From positions 44,578,001 to 44,642,000 of the forward strand of contig OX597822.1 of NCBI GenBank assembly GCA_951406725.2: DNA of 64,000 nucleotides, read 5' to 3'. The notes under the pieces were generated by a model, which did no database searches, had not been told where the DNA came from, and was given only the letters and a program-made list of their open reading frames with translations. Below, one piece after another: positions 53,740-64,000 of the stretch. The stretch is from Octopus vulgaris (taxonomy: Eukaryota). Each line of letters opens with the position of its first letter. The stretch's first letter is position 1. A program made the position numbers and the translations under genes.

Positions 53740-54862
53740 ATGTAGTCCTTGGTAGCTGTCACCATACTGATAAAGCAGAATCAAAATTTCCTAATAATAT
53801 GATTTACGGCTCATATGCAACTGATCACATGTTTGCTATTAGCGGATGAGTCCAAATACCTTTCTACTCTACTTCTACGTTTAAGTATGTAAGCAACACA
53901 GGCATATCTTAATTGCTAACAAAGGGTCAGAAGTCAGAATCCAATTAATAAGAAAATTAACGAGACTATATAAATTATTGTAAAAACAACATACATGCAT
54001 GTTATTTGCTACCAGATAATTATAAGGGAAATTTTACTCCATGGAAAACACTAAAAGGGGGGAAAAAAACCTTACGTATAATGAGAAATAAAGGAAATCG
54101 TTACTTCGTGGACAAATACCACGCAAAGTACATCCTACACTTTTTAAAACGAGGATGGGCATTTTAAGATGCTGCTATGTTGGATGACGTTTGGTTGCAA
54201 CCAGAAATGTTCATGGTTGGAAACTATTTAATCATATTGATGTTCGATCATGACTAATCTTAAAACTTAACAACAACAACCCATAAAACATAATAATATC
54301 TAAGCTTCGATCTGGGATCAAAAATCGACCAAAAAAATGTCACTGACTAATGCAAACCTTAGATTAATCAATTTTCACTAGGAAAAATATGGACTGGAAG
54401 ACTACAGTGAACATCGGTTTATACCAAAAGTTTGTAAACAAATATTGACGAAAAGTTGCTTTTTAAGGTAACACATAGTGTTTAAAAGTACAGGATAAAC
54501 TAAAACGTAAAATAACTGGGTACAATATAAATACAAGCATTAAAAATGTGGGGTGGCGATGGAATACTAAATAAATATGCGAAATAACTGAGAGGATTAA
54601 GTTTACAAATAACACGGTTTTATGTGGTTTTTCTACCCACATACACACCTGCGCACTGAGTAAAAATAAGAGACAGAGATGTAGTGAGATGCAACGTCAA
54701 TGAAACAAGCGTATATGCAGAAAATAGATGGATAGTAAATTTTATAACTACTATATACATTGATCGATATAAATAGATTGATATACATCTATATACACAC
54801 ACTACATCCACGCACACACATTTACTTATATAAACACATATATATATATGTATGCTTGTATG

Positions 54863-54921
<59 letters not shown>

Positions 54922-55346
54922 GATTGTATATATATGTAGATATATATATATATATGTGTGTATGTATATGTATATATGTGTGTATGTGTGTGGACTATAT
55001 ATCTATTATGTGTGTATGTATGTACACAGAGAGAGGAAAAGAGAGATAGAGGGAAACCACAGAACTAGATGTCTACCTGCCTGGCTAGTCTGTCTTTCAG
55101 CCTCTTTATCCCTCATCCAGGAGTGTCTCTTGGTTATCGTCAATATTTATAACTAATGCAATAACCATTAAACTTGTGCAGAAATGTTTTTCCAAGCTGC
55201 CAAGGGATATAAAACCAGCTAGGATTAAATTGGACAGTGAGTGTGTGTGTGCATGTGTTTCATGTGTGATTGTGTGTGCGTGTTTGTGTGTATATGCATA
55301 CATGTATTCAGATACACATACACACATAATATACACAAACGTGAAC

Positions 55347-55383
<37 letters not shown>

Positions 55384-55518
55384 AGAGTAGAATGTATTTT
55401 CACGACACGTACGATCGGAAGCACAAGCATGTGTGGGATTATAATGTTTGTGTACGTGTAAGTATGCTTATATATATATGTGTGTATGTGGGTGTGTGGG
55501 TGTGTGGGTGTCTATCTG

Positions 55519-55562
<44 letters not shown>

Positions 55563-55905
55563 CATATATGCCCATACATATGTGCATATTTTTGTATATA
55601 CGTATATATGTATGCATATTATAAATATATATTATCCACATGTGGACTTTCTTACAAACATAAACACATGTAACTACAAATACGCACATAAACATATACA
55701 TACATCCACACACACACACACACACACATATGTATATAAGGCTATATACATACTTATTCAAATATATCATTAGCTTGTATATCTTTATGTTCCAGTATGC
55801 ATGTGTCCACATCGTATGCATAGCCACACACATACAGACAAACACACACAAACACACACACGAAAGAAACATACATGCGTGCACACGCCTTCACACATAT
55901 CTGCA

Positions 55906-55947
<42 letters not shown>

Positions 55948-56048
55948 GTTTTAAACACTTATGCATGCACGTAGGTGTGCATATCCATAGATGTATTTCA
56001 ATCTTATGTATGTATGTATGTACGTAAGTAAGTATGTATGTATGTGTG

Positions 56049-56080
<32 letters not shown>

Positions 56081-56302
56081 TGTATGTATGTATGTATGTA
56101 TGTATGTATGTATGTATATATGTATGTGCGTATGTATGTATGTATGTATTGTATACTTGAGCGAATATATCGAGTGCTTCCATGTACGATTTTAGTACAT
56201 TTCTATGAAGTTTGTTCTTCTCTTTCGTTTTAATATTAACTTTACTATTTACTACCAAAACTTTCCAGTATTTTTCTGTTCAACAGTTTGATTATAGCAG
56301 TT

Positions 56303-56704
56303 ATCTTCTTGTCGTTTCAATCATCGGACTGCAGCCATGGTGGAGCCTCGCTTTGATAGGATTTTAGTCGAAAGAATAAATTCCAGTACATATGTTACTT
56401 GTTTTTAAGCATCCTACTCATTCTATCGATCACTGTTGCCGAAACGCTAAGTTATGATATTGGAAACGAACCAACATCGTTTGTCATGCATTGGAGGAGG
56501 ACAATTACAAACACACATGGATAAATGTAGAGAGGGCGAGGAAATGAAGGAAATGGAGAAAGAGTGGGGTCAAACAAGTGGTTGAAATATATTTTGGTAT
56601 TATTCATTCACCATTACACGTGTTCCATTTGCTAACAGATCCTGCAAAATATGCAAATATGCTTCAAGAAGTCACAGCTTGAATTTTAACTCTATCTATG
56701 TTAC

Positions 56705-56760
<56 letters not shown>

Positions 56761-56960
56761 GCATGACGCACACACACACAGGTTCATATAATGGTGATAT
56801 GGCTTGCATCAAAGCTGTGTCTTGTCTACCAAAACCATTTACAATTTTCAGGTTGGTCCAGGTCTATAAAACAAGATACTCGCTCAAGGTACCATGCAGT
56901 GGGACCGAACCCAAAACCTTGTGATTGGGAATCAATGTTCTTACCATACAGTGCTGTCTA
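56303..56960 (-). mobile_element. SINE family A, old copy in two parts (about 56303-56520 and 56775-56960)
   Basis: Tail GTTTCAATCATCGGACTGCAGCCATG; head GCAGTGGGACCGAACCC..TTCTTACCATACAG. Confidence 0.65.
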
Positions 56961-57496
56961 TAGCTATATATGTTTTTTGTTTCCATGGTTTTTTGTTTCT
57001 GTGTTCGTTCTACTCTCGGATATTCTGATCATCGTATTTGGACCATTCTGTCTGATGCCTCTCCAGCTGTTTCTAGTCGGCGCAGATAATTGTATTAAAT
57101 TAAAAATTTGTAATTTATGGTATTTGTTTATGGTGTTCAAATCCACGTTACTGGCTAATCAAAGTTATTTCCGTTAGCTTATCTCTGAATAAATCATGCC
57201 AATTATGTGGGACATATACACTTTCTATTCTTTTTTTGACGATTTCTAAGTCCTTTGGTTACTGGAGAAAAAGTCAGGTCAATGTCGTGCCGATGACACC
57301 TATTGAGGTAGAAACATATACGCGACTGCTTTCTTTTGTCTAAGCAAGAAGCCTGAAATTACTACACATCCACTAAAGGCAGAGATGATTATAATACACG
57401 AAGAATTTCTCTTATGGCACTTGGTGTCTTTTATTTGCGTATTTCGCTTTAATCATTTTCAACCATACCAATCTGTCTCTTTATCTACCTATCTAT

Positions 57497-57547
<51 letters not shown>

Positions 57548-57598
57548 GGCACACACACACACGCACACACACACGCATATATATATATATATATATAC

Positions 57599-57870
57599 AG
57601 GGGAGGATTCACGAAAAAGAAAAGGACGAAACAGGTGGTGTGGGAAACAAACAGATGTATTAGTATAACGCTCGGGAATTGAAAAAAGTCTTTAACCTAT
57701 CGAGCCTACGCTCTTCCACAGAACGGAACGCACAAAGAAACAAGGAGAGAAAATAATGTGTGTAGTGGCTACCGATCTTTCATGGCGGATGCCGGACAGA
57801 AGTGTCACACAGGAGAGCTAAGAAGTAAGGGAGATAACAAAGTAGTAGAGATCCCAAAACGAAGGTTCGC
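57599..57870 (-). mobile_element. Penelope-like terminal-repeat element (same family as 16750)
   Basis: ACAGGTGGTG..AAACAGATGTATTAGT..GCTCGGGAATTGAAAAA..TCGAGCCTACGCTCTTCCACAG. Confidence 0.7.
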
Positions 57871-57983
57871 GTGTGTGTAAGAGAGTACTTATGTGCGTGT
57901 GTTTATGTGTAGGTGTGAAGATACACATTCATACATAAATAAATACATACATACATACACACACACACATATATATATATGTA

Positions 57984-58050
<67 letters not shown>

Positions 58051-58735
58051 GTATATAGATAAACATATACATTTAAATGTAATTATGCGCGCGCGTGTAC
58101 ACTCACATACGCACATACACACACACAGAATATCACGAACACACAAATAACTGAATCAGCAGAATCTTAATTTTAGTACTATTTCCATTTTCACTTGAAA
58201 ACCTTTTTGCATTTATAAGTAACTGATCTCGAATTTCCTTTTCATCGCTAGTCGTTGTGACTAGCGGATGCGCGAAACTCAGTACATCGACGCGAAGAAG
58301 TCACACATTGCCACACATGAATAAATACTACCATATGTTGTTCGTCACTCACCCCGTTTTTCATTTCAAACGGATTTCGAATGTATACGCATCGTTAATG
58401 CCGTGATCTTCGTGATTGGCTCGTTGGAAACCTGCAATCAGCGGCGCTATTGTTCCCAATAAATGATATAACATTATATACATACACATGCGCACGTATA
58501 CACTAACACATTTCGTATATTGCTAGATACGCACATTCATGTTATTATATTATGCTTGTATTGATGTGTGAGTATATATCCATGTGTATATATATTTGTG
58601 TATATGAAATATATATAGATATATGTGAGTGTGTGTATGTTCGTAAGTGTATATATATATATATATGTATATATATATACATATATGCATGTGTGTATGT
58701 AGGCATATATATAAGTATATATATATATACGTATA

Positions 58736-58978
<243 letters not shown>

Positions 58979-59400
58979 ATCAATGTCTCTGGTTAGTCAT
59001 AGTTCGTTCTTTTCTCTCCATGTTCTGCAGTTCCCTCTCTTTCTCCTGATTCTTCTAAATCAATCTATGTAACGTGTATTTGCACATCAGATCGATCAAT
59101 ATTTCCACATATGATTGGAAACCACACACCACACAGACAAATAAATCACATCCAGTATCTTATTAAACATGCCTCAAATCTGCATATATCTAATTGATCT
59201 TCATCATCTTGTACTGCCATCGGTACATATATCTAACTGATCTGCATAAAGTTACGCTGACTCCGGCATGTAGAGTGACGAACATCAATAAGGACGAAGT
59301 GTAACGTAACCCTAGTTACTACAACTTCCATTCATCTCGAGGTTTTTCAATGGAATGCGGTACACTGACTTACCTTTTCGTTGAATTACAGCATCAACAA

Positions 59401-60340
<940 letters not shown>

Positions 60341-60346
60341 ACATAG

Positions 60347-60515
60347 GTCGGCGAGCTGGTAGAATCGTTAGCACGCCGGGCGAAATGTTTAGTGGGATTA
60401 CATCTGCCGTTACGTTCAGAGTTGAAATTCAGCGAAGGTTGACACAGCCTTTCATCCTTTCGGAGTCGATCAAATAAGTACTAGTTACGCACTGGGATCG
60501 ATGTAACCGACTTAA
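60347..60515 (+). mobile_element. SINE family B
   Basis: GGCGAGCTGGTAGAATCGTTAGCACGCCGGGCGAAATG..GCCTTTCATCCTTTCGGAGTCGAT. Confidence 0.85.
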
Positions 60516-60615
60516 AACCTTTGTCCCTCTCTCTCTCTCTCACTCACACACACACACACACACACGATGCATTCATTTCCAATTATATATATATATATAT
60601 ATGTGTGTGCGTGTG

Positions 60616-60654
<39 letters not shown>

Positions 60655-61037
60655 GCATATATGGGTACAGGACATCACCAACGGTGCAAATAACACGAAA
60701 TACGTAAACAAACGAGTTAAATACTTAAACAACGTAAAAGTGGAAAACAGGACAAGTAAACAGAAAGAATCCTTCATCAGTTGTCGGCTGTCTATCTACT
60801 CCTCATCTCGAACATTATATATATATATATTCAATTAGAGGTAAAATTAGTTACAATAAAGGATGGTATCATTTAATGAATTATTGGTTTAATACATAAT
60901 ATTTGTTGAGAATAGTAATATTCTAAAAACAATAGGTTTACAAATGAACCATGGTTTATAATCATTCAAAAAAAAAGTAAGAAAATGAAGATATAGAATT
61001 TAATAAAAATTCATTATCTGCAGAAATCACACATAGT

Positions 61038-61121
61038 CCCTTACAGCTGTTTCAATTAAGCCTAAAAGGATTAAATAGCACTTATTAAAATCATCATATA
61101 AGGCAAAATCTCTTCAAAGGG
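61038..61121 (-). ncRNA. Hammerhead motif (C3U variant) in a Penelope-like element
   Basis: CCCT-TTGAAGA-GATT..GCCT..AGGC..AATT-GAAAC-AGCT-GTA^AGGG; palindromic stem III ACAGCTGT. Confidence 0.65.
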
Positions 61122-61747
61122 GTAGAAAAAAGATATACAGTTATATTTTTATGTGTTGTATTTTTGAATCATCATAGTAGTACGATATGCGTATGTTTTA
61201 TAGAGATTTAACTACTCGTATCCATTGGCATGGGTCCGGTGAAGAGAAAAATACGAACGTGTCTGATGCTAACCAACGATGCAAACGGGTGTTTTTTCTG
61301 CAAGCAAAGGCAGTGGTGATCAAGAAAATACGTGACAGTGGATGGTTCACTGCTGCGGGATGAGAATTTGAGGACAATTAATCTTCCGTTCATTTCATGT
61401 ACAAGGTGCGAACGAGATGATTCATGTATCACGGTCTCTATTTATCAATCACTACCTGCGATAAACGATCGTGAGGAAATATCCTATGGCAATCAGTTGA
61501 GCTTGTGATACTTCTCTACGACTTAGGATGACTTTATTGTTCGGCTCTCAAAGGACCCATGCAATAATACACGGACGACTATATAAGAATCGATATAGGC
61601 CGCGATCGAACATGGCCAAACACCGGAGATTGAATGAATCAATAATTGAATTAATAAAAAAAAATCTGTTCCAGGGGTAACAAGTTGAATTGAAGTCATG
61701 TCCAGCTTAGAATAAAGAATGCAAAGATAATCCTGCAAGTGAATAAA

Positions 61748-61885
61748 TATTTAATCCGTAATCATGAATCCGATGAAATATATTTTGTTTCACCTTTGGT
61801 TCTAGATGTTGAGGGACAATTGTCAATAAGCGGGTGAGGTGAAACAAAATATATTTTGTCGGACGAACGATTGTGAATTAAATGT
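61748..61885. repeat. Imperfect inverted repeat with about 48-bp arms
   Basis: TCCGATGAAATATATTTTGTTTCACCT versus AGGTGAAACAAAATATATTTTGTCGGA. Confidence 0.8.
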
Positions 61886-62014
61886 TTTAAAGAAAATATC
61901 TTCATTTTTTTTTTCGTTCCCCAAGTGTTTTAGGAAAGGCCATGCGACTCGCCGACCTTTCAAATTAAGAACCGAGTGTTTAATATTTTAGCTCTGAATG
62001 ACATTTAATTTCCC

Positions 62015-62392
62015 CTCCTCTCTCTATCTCTCTCTCGCTCTCTCTCTCCTGCACTTACTCACTCACTCGCACATGCACTCTCTCTCTCTCTCACACACAC
62101 ACACACATACGCAGAGTCGTATTTTTATCTTCTCTTTCTGTTCCTCTCTCTAACTCTCTCACTGTTTCTCACTTTCTCTCCCCCTCTGTCACTCTCACGC
62201 TCTCTCTTTCTCTCCGTCTGTTCCTCTCTCATTCTCTTTTTCCTTCGCTATCGCTCTACCTTTCCCTTTCTCTGTGCCTTCCGTTCGTCTTCTCTCTATC
62301 ATCTCTTTATCTCCTCCTTCAAGTTGTCCATTCTTTCGCTCTATCTCTGTCTCTCCCTCTCTCTTTCTCTCTCCCACTCTTTCTTTCTTCCA

Positions 62393-62445
<53 letters not shown>

Positions 62446-62520
62446 CCCCGTCCCGTTCTCTCTTTCTTCCTCTCTCCCCGCACGCTCTCTCTCTCTTTCT
62501 CTCTCTTTCTGTCTCTGTCG

Positions 62521-62564
<44 letters not shown>

Positions 62565-62583
62565 ATCTCTCCCTGTCTCTCTG
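62015..62583. repeat. (CT)n-rich low-complexity tract
   Basis: Source of the ER/SL repeat ORFs. Confidence 0.95.
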
Positions 62584-62692
62584 CCAATCAACAGCAATGT
62601 CGGAACTCTCACATCTGATAAACAGCCTCGTAAATCTCGTACACATCTAGTAAATAGCCTCGCAAATCATACATCTTTCAAATACAATCCCC

Positions 62693-62740
<48 letters not shown>

Positions 62741-63324
62741 ATGCGCATATAAATAAATGCATGCGCACCCACACATACACACCCTTGGCATGTTTAAGAA
62801 AATAAATCAGATTTAAAGAAAAAAATGGTGAGGAATTACGCAAAAAAATATTTCTTTAACAGAAGTAACCTTTTGTATTGATCTAACTGCAGCGTAATTG
62901 CCATAAATACGTGACAGGCGGAGCTAGGAGTCACACACAAGACACACTGATGCACATATACACACAAACACAGACACATACACATACACACATGCCCGCT
63001 CGCGTACATATGTTCGTACACGTGCGAACATACATTCACATATATTCATCCGCACACTCGTACACATACACTCACATATATGCATATGCGGACACACTTG
63101 AAGATACACTTACACACACACATATGTGCACATACATTTACACACACTTTGTCTTACGCACGCACACATACATACACACTCACATGCTCATAGACGCACA
63201 AACATGCGCATACATATACGGCCACACGTACGCAAACGCACACACGTCTATACTCGCACACACGCTCACTTGTGCACAGCCGCATACTCATACGCATGCG
63301 CAGACATAGACACATTATAAATGC

Positions 63325-63822
63325 ATTTTATCTTCTACTTGTTTCATTCGTTGGACTACGGCCAAGCTGGGGCATCACGTTTAAGGGTTTGGTGGGAGAA
63401 ATCGCCCCCAGCAAATATTTAAAAAGTCTGGTACTTTCATGATTCTATACGTTTTGTTTTTGCCGATGCGCTAAGTTACGGGAACGTAAACAAACCAACA
63501 CTGATTGTCAAGTAGTGATGGCGAACAAACATATCTTCAAAGACATTCATTCTCGCCCTCTCTCCCTCTCTCATTCTCTCCCCCCACACATATACACACA
63601 TAAACATATACACAAACACATGCACACACATAAACACACTCACACACACATACACACACGCATGTGATACGGGATTCTTTCAGTCTCCTCTTTCCAAATC
63701 TACTCACAAAGCTGTGATCGTCCCGATGCTAGTGTAGAAGACACTTACCTAACGTGCCTCGCAGTGGGACAGAACCCGGAACTATGTGGTTGGGAAGCAA
63801 AATTCTTACCACGCAGCCGCGC
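63325..63822 (-). mobile_element. SINE family A, near full length
   Basis: Tail TACTTGTTTCATTCG..GGCCAAGCTGG, internal CT/CA run, head GCAGTGGGACAGAACCCGGAACTATGTGGTTGGGAAGC..TTCTTACCACGCAGCC. Confidence 0.8.
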
Positions 63823-63919
63823 CCACACATGCACACACTTACACATACACACACTCGTACACATGCATACGTACGTTTCGCGAACACACACACACAAACA
63901 TTTCACGCACGCACGCACG

Positions 63920-63987
<68 letters not shown>

Positions 63988-64000
63988 ATATATATATACA

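Noticed and set aside
58240-58460. CCAAT-box / CpG patch as a promoter
   Set aside because: Single short motifs with no adjacent exon evidence

Overview
AT-rich, microsatellite-saturated animal DNA with no supportable host protein-coding exon. Almost all ORF-track calls are translations of (TA)n, (CA)n, (TAA)n or (GA)n runs. The SINE families and repeat landscape look like an octopus (coleoid cephalopod) genome; this is inferred from recalled repeat consensus motifs, not from a database search. The window holds four tRNA-derived SINE families, 3' fragments of CR1 and restriction-like-endonuclease (R4/Dong-type) LINEs, two mariner derivatives and three non-autonomous Helitron families. It also holds at least a dozen short non-coding elements sitting in (TA)n tracts that carry type-I hammerhead ribozyme motifs (Penelope-like terminal repeats or retrozyme-like units). 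Main leads: (1) a 2.4-kb TSD-flanked retroelement encoding only a gag-like ORF1 with no RT, inserted in the tRNA head of a SINE (48220-50656); (2) several well-formed hammerheads (39108, 40624, 41331) and fold-back duplications whose breakpoints sit near the predicted self-cleavage sites; (3) a CR1 3' tail shared with the main SINE; (4) a 105-bp mini-Helitron confirmed by an empty paralogous site in the window. Coordinates of degenerate repeats are approximate.
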